The translations under genes and the position numbers were made by a program. From the human T2T-CHM13v2.0 reference genome, Homo sapiens: a stretch of 64,000 bases of DNA. Below are positions 1-12,679 of this stretch, in pieces. How positions within the stretch are numbered: the stretch's first letter is position 1; every line of letters starts with the position of its first letter. A model generated the notes under the pieces. It was not told where the DNA came from. It worked only from the letters and a program-made list of their open reading frames with translations, and searched no databases. Location of the stretch: NCBI RefSeq assembly GCF_009914755.1, contig NC_060927.1, one strand, 5' to 3'.

Positions 1-1295
1 CAATTAATTCTGCAGAAAATCTAAAGAACCTAATATTTGCCTGTAACTCAAGGGCATAATTTCGGTCTCAAAATGGTCACAGTCTAGAGTTTGATGTTGA
101 GTCGAGGGTAGAAGGGTATGGTGGGAGGACATGACAGCACTGCCTGCCCATGGAAGGAGGACAGGGGATTTTAGCAGTACAGAGGAGTAGGTAACCCAAT
201 CTGGAACAAGAGTAGGGGTCAGGTGAAAATTTTACAAGAAACTGATGACTTAGTATTAGCAGATCTTAAGTTGCAGAGAGTAAATAGGGACAAGAAGAGC
301 ATTCTAGGGAGATAGATTAGTCAGGAAAATTCATGGGGACATGAAAAATATGGTCTGCTTCCTGAACCTCAGAGTTTAGCATTGTAAAAATATAAGCTCC
401 AGGGGGAGCAACCAAACACTCTTTCTCCCCATTCTTGTGCGGTTTCTAAACATGCTCTGCAAACTGCCCTTAATAGTCATCTAACTTATTTTTCCACCTC
501 TCAAGAGTCTGCCCAGTGTGGATCCATGTAAGAAGCAGCAGCAAACCAAGCAAAATGATTTCTAGCAGCAAAATGAAAGACTCAACTAGACTGTTGGGAG
601 AGTTTTATCAGACAATTCCTGAGCTTCTCCTGCTATATAGGATTAATCAATATATATTAATCAAATGCCTGGACCCTTTCATTTCTGTACCTAGATTAAG
701 ATTTGTAATATAATCGTTTTTTGAGAACAAGCATATATTAACAGATGTTACTGCAAGAAATATATTATCTCATGTGAACAGATTGAATGTATAATGTAGT
801 GCTTGTCAGTTGAAAATAAAATTATGAAATTATTTCATGCATAATTTGATTACCTAGGCTGACAGGACACAGAGAGTTAGGTCAGGGCATGGATTTTCAC
901 ATAAACACAAATGTTGTTTTCAGACTCAATGCAGAAGGTCTTCTTCAAGGTAAGATCTTATCGTTGGCTGATTCCTCCACATAGATATTCCTTCCCTTTC
1001 CACTTTATTCTGTCTTAAACTGTCATTCCTTTCAGGAAATGTCCCATGAACCAAACTCATTTTGTTTTCAGCACAACGCTAATTTTGCCAAGAATAAAAA
1101 GGGACATCATTTCTATGAATGTTTATTGCACATGTGCTATCTGTCAAGAATTCATTCAATCAAGTAAATAAATGGAAGAGATGATGAAATTAAGGAATTG
1201 TTGCCCTAACATCTCTCTTCCTTAAAAAAAAAAAAGTTTTGAAAATTTTGTTCCTAGGGAATAATTTAAGATTTTCAGTGAATGTCTTTTTAGAG

Positions 1296-2140
1296 CAAGT
1301 TTTTAAAACTTTTATTTGCACTGTGGACCCATGTGGTAGCAGAGTGACACCTGTACCCCTCTCAGAGTAATGTTTTTAAAGGCATAAAATAGAATACATA
1401 AGATTCTATTTGAAATAGACAATTGAAATAGAAAAATAATTATATGGAAATACAATTATCAAAATGACTCTTAAAACTTCATTATAAAATAACATATGTG
1501 TGTTTCTTAACATATTAAATAATAAGATCCAGCTACCGTATTTTGAAGTTGTGATGAGTGCAAAGGATAGTTTCAAGGTACAGTTGTGCATTGCTTGATG
1601 GTGAAGCACCATCCTGAGTACATCAGGGTACATCCTGAGAAATGTGTCATTAGGCAGTTTTGTCACTGTGCAAATATCCACAAAGTGTACTTACACAAAC
1701 CTATGATGATATAGCCTACTACACAACTGGATGTATAGTTTAGACTATTGTTCCTAGGCTGCAGCAAGTTACTGTACTGAATACTGTAAGAAATTGTCAC
1801 ACAACAGAAGGCATTTGTGTATCCAGACATAGAAAATGTACAGTAAACATATATAATCTTATGGGACCACTGTTGCATAAGCAGTCTGTAGTTAACTGGA
1901 ATTTTTATGCAGTGCATTACTATATTTAAAATTATGTGATAGGAAAATATATTGTATTTATATTGGTGACATACTTATAGGAAGAGCTAATAATTGCCAT
2001 GGTTTGGAGTCTAAATTCATAACTGAGAGAAATGCTAGAAGTTCAAGAAATCAAAAACAGGAATTTTTTTCTTCATCCAGGCCCATGGACTGCCTGAATT
2101 CTATCCCTGGACCCAAAGAACCCTTGTTTTCAGGGGCCCA
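1296..2140 (-). mobile_element. hAT-Charlie DNA transposon (Charlie4a-like), interrupted by Tigger3a
   Basis: 'cccctctcagagtaatgtttttaaaggcataaaatagaatacata' and 'ccaggcccatggactgcctgaattctatcc' match the reverse complement of the recalled Charlie4a consensus on either side of the Tigger3a; ends approximate. Confidence 0.7.
1581..1922 (+). mobile_element. Tigger3a (MER7A) non-autonomous TcMar-Tigger element
   Basis: ta|cagttgtgcattgctt ... 'gtgtacttacacaaaccta..atagcctactacaca' ... atgcagtgcattacta|ta: degenerate TIRs and TA target duplication. Confidence 0.85.
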
Positions 2141-2377
2141 AGATCAACATATTGACTCAATTTCTGCCATTAATATAGAGATGACCCTAATGCGATCAAT
2201 TTCTTAACAAGAAGGCAAGGAGCTTCTTAATCCTTGATTATAAGATATGAGAAGGAAGAGGAGGTTTACTATTGTGTTGTCCCTCTAAGATGCTTCACTG
2301 CAAACTCATTCTGCACTCTCTCCTACCATAATCCATTCTAACTATTTCAGAATTTACTTTTTAAAAAGTTTTAACCC

Positions 2378-2585
2378 AGAGGCAGCCCAGAAGAATGAAA
2401 CAACCATGAGCTTGACAGAGGCCTCTTAAGCCCCAGCTTCATCTCCTGCGTGACCTTGGTATGTCCCTTAACCTTGATTGTCAGTTTATTCACCATAAAA
2501 CAGGTGCAATTATGCCTACGTAGCAGTGTCATAGTGATGTTTAAACATGATGACAATTATGAAAATGATTTGTAAGCTACGAAGA
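2378..2585 (+). mobile_element. MIR-family SINE, degraded
   Basis: Core 'gtgaccttggtatgtcccttaacctt...cagtttattcaccataaaacagg'. Confidence 0.6.
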
Positions 2586-2922
2586 GCTGTGCAGTCTTTT
2601 CTATGTCTTTTTCTCACTATAGTACAGGACTATGGGATAAGAGAAAGGCAAAGCTAATGACAGTACATTAAGGAACAAGAGCCCAGGTTTGATTGGTACA
2701 GAGCATGAGAAAAGCAGAGAATATTCCCTACACACTGGAGGATCTCAGAGCTTTTTTCCCTGCTACTTCATGGCTGTATAAAAGCATTCTGCCCCACCAG
2801 CCCTCACAAGAACAACAAAAGTCCACGTTTGCTTTAGCCACCCAAGTGTTCATCCTTCCATCCACCCACAGTCATGAGAGGATCTTAGAAATGGCTTTGC
2901 AGGTGCCAACCAATTGGAATTA

Positions 2923-3939
2923 CATGGGCAAATGATCCAAATAGACATATTAATATCTCCAAAGACAGACAAATGACCACAAATATATATATGAAAAAAT
3001 TCTCAACATCATTAATCATCAGAGAGATGCAAATCAAAACCACAATGAAATATCACCTCACCCCTGTTAGAACGGCTATTGTGAAAACAACAAAAAATAA
3101 CAAATGCTGACAAGGATGCAGAAAAGGGGGAACCCTTATACACTGTTGGTGGGAGTGTGAATTAGTAAACCCATTGTGGAAAATAGTGTGGAGGTTTCTC
3201 AAAAAACTAAAAATAGAACTACCATATGATCCAGCAATTCTACTGGATCTACCTAATTCTATTAGGTAGTTATCCAAAGGAAAGAAGTCAGTATATCAAA
3301 GGGATATCTGCATTCCCATGTTTATAGCAGTACTATTCCCAATAGCCAATGTATGGAATCAACCAAAATGTCCATCAACAGAAGAACAGAAAGAAAATGT
3401 GAGATACACAATGGAATACTACTTGGCCATAAAAAAGAATAAAATTCTGTCATTCATGGCAATATGGATGAGCCAGGAAGACATTATGTTAAGCAAAATA
3501 ACCCAGGCACAGAAAGATAAGTACTGCATGTTCTTACTCATGTGTGGGGGCTAAAAAAATTCTGTGCTAATAGAAGTAGAGAGTAGAATTTTGACTATTA
3601 CAGGCTGGGAACGGTAGGGGGCTGGGGAGGTTGGGGAGAGGTTGGTTAACAGATACAAAATTACAGCTAGATAGAAGGAAGGAATTCTGGTGCTCTACAG
3701 CACTGCAAGGGGAATATGGTTAAAGATAATTTATTGCATATTTTTAAAAAGCTAAAAGAGAGGATTTTGAATGTTCACAATACAAAGAAATGATACATAT
3801 TTGAGATGATGGATGTGCTGATTACTCTCATATGATCATTATCCATTGTATACATGGGTATTGAAATATGACTGTATCCCATAATATATACAATTATTAC
3901 ATGTCAACTAAAAATAAAAAGAAAAGTAAAAAATAAAAA
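2923..3939 (+). mobile_element. L1MA (L1MA4-like) 3' fragment: end of ORF2, 3'UTR and A-rich tail
   Basis: 'atgcaaatcaaaaccacaatgaaatatcacctcacccctgttaga'; ORF MFIAVLFPIANVWNQPKCPS is the L1 ORF2 C-terminal region; L1MA-type 3'UTR; tail aaaataaaaagaaaagtaaaaaataaaaa. Confidence 0.9.
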
Positions 3940-4089
3940 TTCAATCATGTATACATAGCACTCAAGGGCATATTTGCTTAATCCTTAGAATGACATTTTG
4001 TTCAGTGCAAAAGAGTGATGCAAGAAGTTAAAAGCAATGTGCTGGGTATACTCCTTACTAATAATACTAACAATACTTCTATTTATATA

Positions 4090-4370
4090 AACTTCTGTGG
4101 TCTTCAAAGCCCTTCTAAATGTATAACCAAAATGTTGAGAAAAGGCTATATGGTTGTTACATTTACTGACCAGAATTGAGCTATTTTGTTTGATGCTCAA
4201 AACAATGTTTGATATAGGTAGAGAAGGTGTTTTATTACTTCATCGTTATTATTATTATTTTACAACTGGAAAAACTAAGAGAGTTCAGATGACTTGCCCA
4301 GAATCCAGAAAAAGTAGCAAGACTGGAAGTAAACCTATGTTTCCAATCCTAGTACCTTTTCTCTCCTAAT
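4090..4370 (-). mobile_element. MIR/MIR3, degraded
   Basis: 'ttttacaactggaaaaactaagagagttcagatgacttgcccagaatc' is the antisense MIR core. Confidence 0.55.
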
Positions 4371-5136
4371 ATATCATACAGTTTCTAAGATAATTATGAA
4401 AGGTGATTGACTTGAAATCACTTGTTTACCTTTGAAGAGAGATTTTCTTTCCAGATCTCCAGTTGCCTGTCACTACCCTCTGTCAAGACCCTTGGAGTCA
4501 TGACTAACAGGAAGGGAGCAGGTGGCAGCGTGGCCACCTGCCATGCAGAAAGACTGGGTCACTTCCTGTTGGTAAAGGGTTTCCTGGTTCAGGTTTGTTA
4601 GGCATTCTAAAATGGAGAGAAAAACAAATGCACCTCTAAAGTACATGGAAAAATAAACACCAAAGTCAATGTTTTTGTGTTCCAAATGAAAATGTCACTC
4701 TAAAGAGAATCAGCTGTTATTTTTAGAAAGAAAGAATAAAATTTCAGCTCTGTATACCAAAACTATAGCCTCATCCATTAGGGACACTGATGTAGAAGCA
4801 AGTAGAAACTATCCAAAGTCTGCAGTTCCTACCTGACTAGGTAATGCTTAAATAAATAATCAGTTCTCATCATGCAACTCAATGTTTAGCTGAGTCCAAA
4901 CATACTGCTGCCAACATTTTAAAGTCAACAACGATATCTAAAATAAACATAGGCTGACTAACACACACTGGTACTTTAATGAAAATATATTGTGAAATAG
5001 CTCCTTGCCAATAGAAGTTCTTGCGCTCCTTCTTTGGATAACTGTGGACTATTCAACAGAATGTTAAGCCACCTATATTTTTTAAATTAATTAATTCAAC
5101 AACCTCCCCCCTTTTTCGAGCACTTACTCTTAAGAA

Positions 5137-5495
5137 TTTGAAGGATCTGAGATTTTAGCTTATTTTATCCTATTTTGAAGCTATTTGTTAGCTTGCCAGT
5201 TTCAAAGGAACTGGTAGAAGTCATGAGATTCTTGGGTCAGAGACAAGTGACTTTGTTACAGCAGTAGCAGTAGCCAGTTTCAGCATTTGAGAGGAACTCT
5301 GAGCTTAGGGAAATCAGGCCTTTTACACCGAACAGGAAGCATGCCTACTCATTACTCTTGAGACACTTTTTCACTCTTCCAAGGTGGTTTGCTACACAAA
5401 CACCCTTGAAAAATAGTCCAGAACAAAGTCAGTCAATCCCTTTACTCATGAGACATGTAGAAATGTGAGAAATCCAAGGAGAATTGTCTCCAGAC
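5137..5495 (-). mobile_element. ERVL solo LTR (LTR40-like)
   Basis: Reverse complement begins 'tgtctggagacaattctccttggatttctcacatttctacatgtctc...ctttgttctggactatttttcaagg', as in the recalled LTR40a consensus. Confidence 0.7.
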
Positions 5496-6084
5496 ACTTA
5501 CTCTCTACCAGACATTGTAATAGATGCTAAACATACGAAGATAGAAAGAAAGAACATGCTACCTAATTCTTGATAAATATAATAGTGCTAATAAATTCAA
5601 CTGACATTAAACTCTCAAGTTCTGTCCATAGAAAATGTAGGAAGTTCAGTTTGTTTAGTAACCCTCTTTAAATTCTTCTAATCAAGAAAATTGGTGAAGT
5701 ATTCACAAGGCAGAAAGCCTGCCTTTTCATCACCAGCTTGTTTGCCAGTGAAGTGTTGAAGTACTATGTGTTGGCAAAATGGAACTAACGCATTACAATT
5801 ACATTAGAGTGCAATATCTCCGCACTTTCCAAAGTTTTCAGTCTGTGGCATAATGATCAAGATGACATAAAGGCAAAGGTCACTGGCAGGGGAAGTAGAT
5901 AAGAAAAAAGTGAAAGCCTATAGAAAAATATTATCAAGGAAACCTTTCTTAATTGTACTGATAGGACTTTGCTATAAAAGAAATTAGAATTAAGCCACAC
6001 CAAAATTCAGAGCAAAACACCCGACTCTAGCAAATGCATGAGTTACAAATGCCTTTAGAATACAATTTAGAGGTGCGTTTTTCT

Positions 6085-6325
6085 TTTTTTCCTAAAACAA
6101 AACAAAAGGGATACATGTGTAGAATGTGCAGGTTTGTTACCTAGGTATACGTGTGCCATGGTGGTTTGCTGCACCTATTGATCCGTCCTGTAAGTTCCCT
6201 CCCTTCACCCCCCACCCTCCACCCCCCACCGCCCAACACGCCCTAGTGTGTGATGTTCTTCTCTCTGTGTCCATGTGTTCTCATTGTTCAACTCCCACTT
6301 ATGAGTGAGAACATGCAGTGTTTGG
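6085..6325 (-). mobile_element. 5'-truncated L1PA (L1PA8-like) 3' end with TSD
   Basis: 'gtgcaggtttgttac...tctcattgttcaactcccacttatgagtgagaacatgc'; flanking repeats ttagaggtgcgtttttct (6067-6084) and ttagaggtgagtttttct (6326-6343). Confidence 0.92.
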
Positions 6326-7208
6326 TTAGAGGTGAGTTTTTCTATGGGGACTTGAGCATTATTACCAGAATGAATTTAAAAACAAAATTTTAAAATTCCA
6401 CCGAAAATATATAGTCTGAGCCTCTGAAAAAGACATAGACATGTTACCTAAATCATTTCAACTTCAGTTAATTCTTTATAATGCCATTTCTCCCATTATT
6501 CTGATCCAGCTCCCTTTAGGCTCACTCGGTTTTTAACAAGGAACTTTTCAAAAGTAAATTGACTTCCTAGGCAGACTTTTCCACAAGTGAGAGAAACTTC
6601 TGACCTGACAATATGGATATTTCAGACTCTTTAATAGCACTCTTTTTTTTTTTTCCATTCCAAATTAGTTAATTGGAGGTTTGATTTTTCAATAAGGCTC
6701 TTGTGAATTTAGTCAGCGTAAGCCACTTCCATCAGAGTCTTTCTCCTGGGTAACATGAAAATAACTACTGGATATTTTGAAGATGCAAACAAACTGTTGA
6801 GAAATACTTTGTTCCTAAGTGGACTCACGCTGAGGCTCCACTGACAAGTGCAAGTCCTCTGGAGACTGAATGGCTTACCTGATGGCTGTTCTCCCTTTGA
6901 TTTTTTTCAATGTAATAATAATTTTGTCTTTTTCCTTTGATTTTTCCATGAAAGTTAAAATTTAAGAACCTGTTGAAGATCTATCTCTAGTATAGTACAC
7001 AAAACACCATTTCCTACATCTGAGCTAATATTACTCTCTTGGGCTACCTACAAAACTGGCAATTTCTATGTAGGGTAGCATACAGTCATGTCTGTAATTC
7101 TTTGATCTGTCACAGGTACAGGAGTTCCTCTAAGATTATAGATGTATATTTATAAAACTGGTAACATATACTACACTTGATTTCAGCCAAAATGCTGAGA
7201 AATGATTT

Positions 7209-7297
7209 TATATATATGTATATATGTATGTATATGTATGTACACACACAAATACATATATGCATATATAGGATTGCCAGCATATATATAAATATAG
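7209..7297. repeat. (TA)/(TATG)/(CA) low-complexity tract
   Basis: Seen directly. Confidence 0.8.
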
Positions 7298-8558
7298 TAT
7301 TTTGAGACATAGTGAAATAATATTGGATAACAAAGACCTAAGTGGAAATACAATGTATGTTTAGATTATTTAAAATAATTTAATAATAGTAAATAATTAT
7401 CCCCAAATTAATTTATCATCCTGAACTATTTGAATCATTTAGCACTTAGGAAATTTTTTAATTTCCCAGTGTTTCGGGAACTTTTCCCAAGAGTATTGAT
7501 TCCAGTGTACTTTGATTGTGAGGAAATGCTGTGAAACAAATCTTGTTATCTCCATATTCAGAGGCATCCAATGTTGTGATTGTTCTTAGAAAGATTATAA
7601 AAGTCATAAAACTTACCACAGTGAAGAGAATTAATAAAATACTTTTATAATATCTATTGTCTGTGTCTGAAAGAGTTAATGCTAAGGGTAATGTGGCTGT
7701 TAGGTGGGGTTCTGAGGAAATAGCGGGAGAGGCCCTGGTGAGGCGTCTCCATGAGAACCTACCCCACAAACCCATTCACTTACCCATAGCAAGAGATTTC
7801 CAGAGCAAATCCTCCTTGGATGTGTAAGGAGGAAGGAAGGAAAAATCAAACCAGTGGAGCCAAATTTGCTTCTCTATGATTTCTTTTTGGGTCACCATCA
7901 GTCAGAGGTGTGTGCCTTTTCCCAGCTGTCAATAACCTGAGTCATAAGAGAAGGAAGATAGCAGATCACCCAGAGGAGGTGATGAACCATAGCCAATCAA
8001 TTTTTGCAGGAAATGGTGTGGGCATTTGAAGAGAGATTAAACATGCGCACAGGAGCCAGGGGGAGGTCTGGTGTCTACCCCCTGAATGGAGTTTCCAAAA
8101 GTTGTACATTTTACAAACAAATGTGGTGCATCTTATAAGGCTTAATGTTTTTAGGAAACGACTTTGATATGACAATTGTGAAGGCTATGATGAAAAGACA
8201 AAACAGAAAACCGTGTAAAAGTAGGAGCCTGACATTACAAAGAATGACACCTTTGTGTGTTGCTCCCCCAACAGCCAGCACCAGGCCTTGCTTTCCAGCT
8301 AGCGCTACTGCAGGTTTATACTCTCTGAAGTTAGACGCTGGTTATTCCCCAGAGCAAAGCAAGGGATATAAACAAAAAAGAAAAAAGAAAAGAAAAAGGA
8401 AGAAAAGAAAAGCACCCATCCACCTGAGTTAGAATCTTAGCTGCCATTCTCTAACTTGACTCGGTTACTTGGCTGACTCTGTTTCCTCACCTGCAGGATG
8501 GAGTTTTTTAAAACACCTACCTCCCAGAGCACTATAAAAATTTAATAAAATAAAGTTT

Positions 8559-8960
<402 letters not shown>

Positions 8961-9331
8961 TTAGAATATCACTAATAATTCTTTGAAAGAAGGAAAAAAG
9001 TCAGAAAATATATATGCATATATACAAATACACATGTATATTTGTTCATGCAAAAAATATATTTAAACACAAAAATGTGTTAGAGAGGTTGCCTCTGAGG
9101 AAGAAAATTGGAGGACAGGGAAACATGAGTAAGAGGCATACTTAAATTTGCTCATATCACCTCCCGTACATCAAATTTTCCGTGCTTATGTATACTTTTA
9201 AATTAAGAAAATTGACAAAGTTTGCTAATACTGATTTTTCCCTAGCCCACTCCCTTTTCTTCATTAATCTTCAGGTTCATTACCTGACAAACTCAGTGTT
9301 ATAGAATAACTTCTAAAAGTTTTAAATGTGA

Positions 9332-9449
9332 AGCTGGGCTGAGTGGCTTGCATCCCGTAATCCCAGTCACTCGGAAGGCTGAGGCAGACTTGCTTGAAGC
9401 TAGGAGTTTGAGACCAACCTGGGCAACATAGTAAGACCCGTCTCTATTT
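9332..9449 (+). mobile_element. FLAM / Alu left monomer
   Basis: 'gctgggctgagtggcttgcatcccgtaatcccag...aggagtttgagaccaacctgggcaacatagtaagacccgtctct'. Confidence 0.85.
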
Positions 9450-9739
9450 GAAGAAAAAAAAAGGAAAGGAAGAAAGAAAGAGAGAGAGAGAAAGAAAGAA
9501 AGAAAAAAAGAAAGAAAGAAAGAAAAAAGAAAGAGAAAGGAAGGAAGGAAGAAAGAAAGAAAAAAGAAAGAAAGAAAGAGAAAAGAAGGAAGAAAGGAAG
9601 AAAGAAAGAAGGAAAGAAAGGAAGAAAGAAAGAAAAAAGAAAGAGAAAAGAAGGAAGGAAGAAAGAAGGAAAGAAAGAAAGAAGGAAAGAGAGAGGAGAG
9701 AGAGAGGGAGGGAGGGAGGAAGGAAGGAAGGAAGGAAAG
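9450..9739. repeat. 290-bp pure-purine (GAAA/GGAA/GA)n tract expanded from the FLAM tail
   Basis: No pyrimidine on the + strand from 9450 to 9739. Confidence 0.95.
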
Positions 9740-9747
9740 TTCTATAT

Positions 9748-10177
9748 GGGAAACAACCCAAATGTCCATCAATGGATGTATGAATAAACAAGTCATGATC
9801 TATATGAGGGAATATTATTCGGCCATAAAAAGAAATGGAGTACTGACACACAGTACAATGTGGATGAACCTCAAAAATATGCTAAGTAGAAGACATCAGA
9901 CACAAAATTCACATATCTTATGATTCCATTTATAAAAAATATCCAGAAGAGGTATCCACGGAGATCAAAAGCAGATTTGTGGTTCCTAGGGACAGCGGTT
10001 AGGGGAGAATGAGGAATAACTGCTTAATAGATATAAAGTTTCATTTGGGGATGATGAAAATGTTTTAGACTTACAGGTGGTGGTTGCAAAATACTGTGAA
10101 TGTACTAAATGCCAGTAAATTGTTCACTTTAAATGGTTAATTTTATGTTACGTTAATTTCATCTCAATGAAAAAAAT
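9748..10177 (+). mobile_element. L1MB (MB7/8-like) 3' end
   Basis: 'gaaacaacccaaatgtccatcaatggatg...tgtggatgaacctcaaaaat...aatggttaattttatgttacgttaatttcatctcaat'. Confidence 0.85.
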
Positions 10178-11594
10178 TAAAAAGTCTTATAATCATAAAA
10201 GGAATAAATCGATGCCCACTTTAGGTTTAAAGAACAGAGGTTTAAAAAGGAAGAAAAGAGACAGGAAAGAAGGAAGAAAGGGAAGAAGGGAGGGAGACAC
10301 AAAGAAAAGGAGAAAGGACCACTCCTATATCCACCATTCAGGGAAATTCATCATTAATATTTTGAGTTAATATTTTGGTATATTGGTATTACCTTGCAGT
10401 CTGATAATAATAGTCAAATATATTCCAGTCGCACAATGCTTGGTATTACATAACCTTCCAGTCCTTTTTTCTCTACACAAATAAACTTTTTTTAAAGAAA
10501 ATAAAACATGATATTATGTTGTCTATATGTTTACATCTCCTGCTTTGTTCATTTAATATAGCACAGGTTTTCACATCATTAGTCTTCCACATGATGTTTA
10601 ATGCTGTATTGTACTCCAGAGCATAACATACTGTAATCTATTCAACTAATCCTTTAAGGTTAGATGTTTAGGCATGCAGAGTTATTGTTGAGAGATGAAA
10701 ACATAAAGACTATAGTTATGAGACTGGTTTTTGTGTGTGACTTGAGGTACTAGTTTTTTCCCTGATAGTGTCACCTCATTCATGTAAAGTCAGCACAGCT
10801 CTCTCTACTTTCTCACAACTGAGGCACCCCCCACTTAGCCAAAATCATATGTAGAGTGTTTTATTTATAAAGAAGCCTTTCGTTAATACTGGGAAACTGA
10901 AAAAAACCCAGTACATTAAAAATATTTCACAAATCATTCACTCATGATTATGACACTAATTGGAAACTGTGGAATTATCTTTTAAATGTCAAGATACAAG
11001 GAGGTGCTCATTTTATTTTATAGAAAGTATCACAGGGTTTGAGCAAACTTGCCCAGGAACCAGAACATTTGCAGAGCAGAAATGCAGAGAGAAAATGGAG
11101 CATGTTTATCAAATAATGTAAATAAAGTTATCAGTGGTTTGATAGCTTCTGAAAACAACAGACTCTTGCATTTAACAAAGTCATTTCAACCATCTGTTCA
11201 AAAACCACGATTCCATACAAGGTCAGGCTTCTAAAGGTACAAAGCTGAAAGGAATTTTACAGGCTTAAATTCTCAGTTTCCCACAATGTCTGTACCCTAG
11301 GGGCTTGGAGGGATGCTGCTGTCTACTGCACCGTCTCAGAAAGTGGGACTTGAGCAGCTCAGACCCTGCCCTGTGGTTTGAAGACTTGAAGGCTCTGAGA
11401 AGTGCTTCCATAGCAGAGTAGTGACCTTTGGAGCTAACTGGCTAAATACGTGATTAAAATCATTATGAAAATAATACTTATTTTTAGAAAACTTGATGTT
11501 ACAATCAACATTGTTATGTATATTAAATTTGACCCAACTGTTTGAAAATCTTTTGATATATGTCTTATACCTTAAACATAATGTTAATATATGC

Positions 11595-12120
11595 TATTCA
11601 TTCATGCAATAAATATTTATTTGGTGCTTGTTGCCAGACACCCTTCCCAAGAAAAGAGCAGAAAAAGCCCTTCTGTCATGAATCTTACATTCTCATGTTA
11701 GGGGCTGTCCATAAAATAAATAAGCCAACAAATTAATAAAATAATTGCAATGACTATCAATAAGTGCTATGAAGAAAATAAACATGGGCTGAGTTGAGAA
11801 AAATGAAGCGAGATGTTCTTTAGGTAGGCAGCCAGGGAGGAACTCTTAAAGGAGATGAAGTTTAACCTGAGATGTATCTCCATGAAGAGAGAGATCTAAG
11901 CTTGGGAGCGTGGGAGGAGGGACATTCCAAGTAGAGGGAACAGCCTCCCAGGCCTCTGACGATAGATCAGACCTGGCATATCTGAAGAACTGAAAGAAGA
12001 CAAGCATGGCAGAGTGTGGTGATGGAGGAGTGGGACAAGATGAGGCTGAAGAGATGGTTAGGACCCTGTTAAACAAGGCCTTGTAGGCTGAATAGGAACC
12101 CGGTTTTTTTTCAGAATGCT
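11595..12120 (-). mobile_element. L2 LINE fragment
   Basis: 'attcattcatgcaataaatatttatttggtgc' (L2 3' end) and 'acattccaagtagagggaacagc'. Confidence 0.75.
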
Positions 12121-12679
12121 AAGTCCATCATCACGTTTGTAACGATGCTTTCCTAAAGGTCCTACTCAAGAAGTTAAACAAACTCAAAGTCAACGAATTG
12201 TTCTATTTTAAGAATAAAGACGTAAGAGTTCTTTTAATGAGAACTCAGGAGACTTACAGCATCATGCAGCTAAATTCAACCAGTCAAAGTGGGTTGGGGC
12301 TAGGGTGATCATATATCCCAGTTTGCTCAGAAGAGTCCCAGTTCACACCTGTGTTTCCAGCATCCTCTTGGTGTGTACCATTTGTCCCAAATACTTCACT
12401 TTTTAATGGAGTGTGCTTGTTAGTAGTTGCATTAAAACAAGCCAGAATGGATTGGGCAGACAGCTACTTTATACTTCCAGCTTCTCTCCTTTCATGGTGT
12501 TATGGAATAGTGTGTGAGATGTATATATAATGTTGACTTTTCACTTTAACATATGGTAAAATCTGACAGACGCTAACAATAACCCATTTCTCTTTTTTCA
12601 GCTCTTTCCAGCAGCAATGTAGCTAATATTTTCTTTTCAGGAGAACCATACAGGACTGTTGCTGATAAAATGAAGTTGG

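Noticed and set aside
9299-9851. Longest ORFs in the track (165, 135 and 111 aa; F/L/S-rich or K/E/R-rich)
   Set aside because: Translations of the GA polypurine tract and flanking FLAM/L1; stop-free only because of low complexity.
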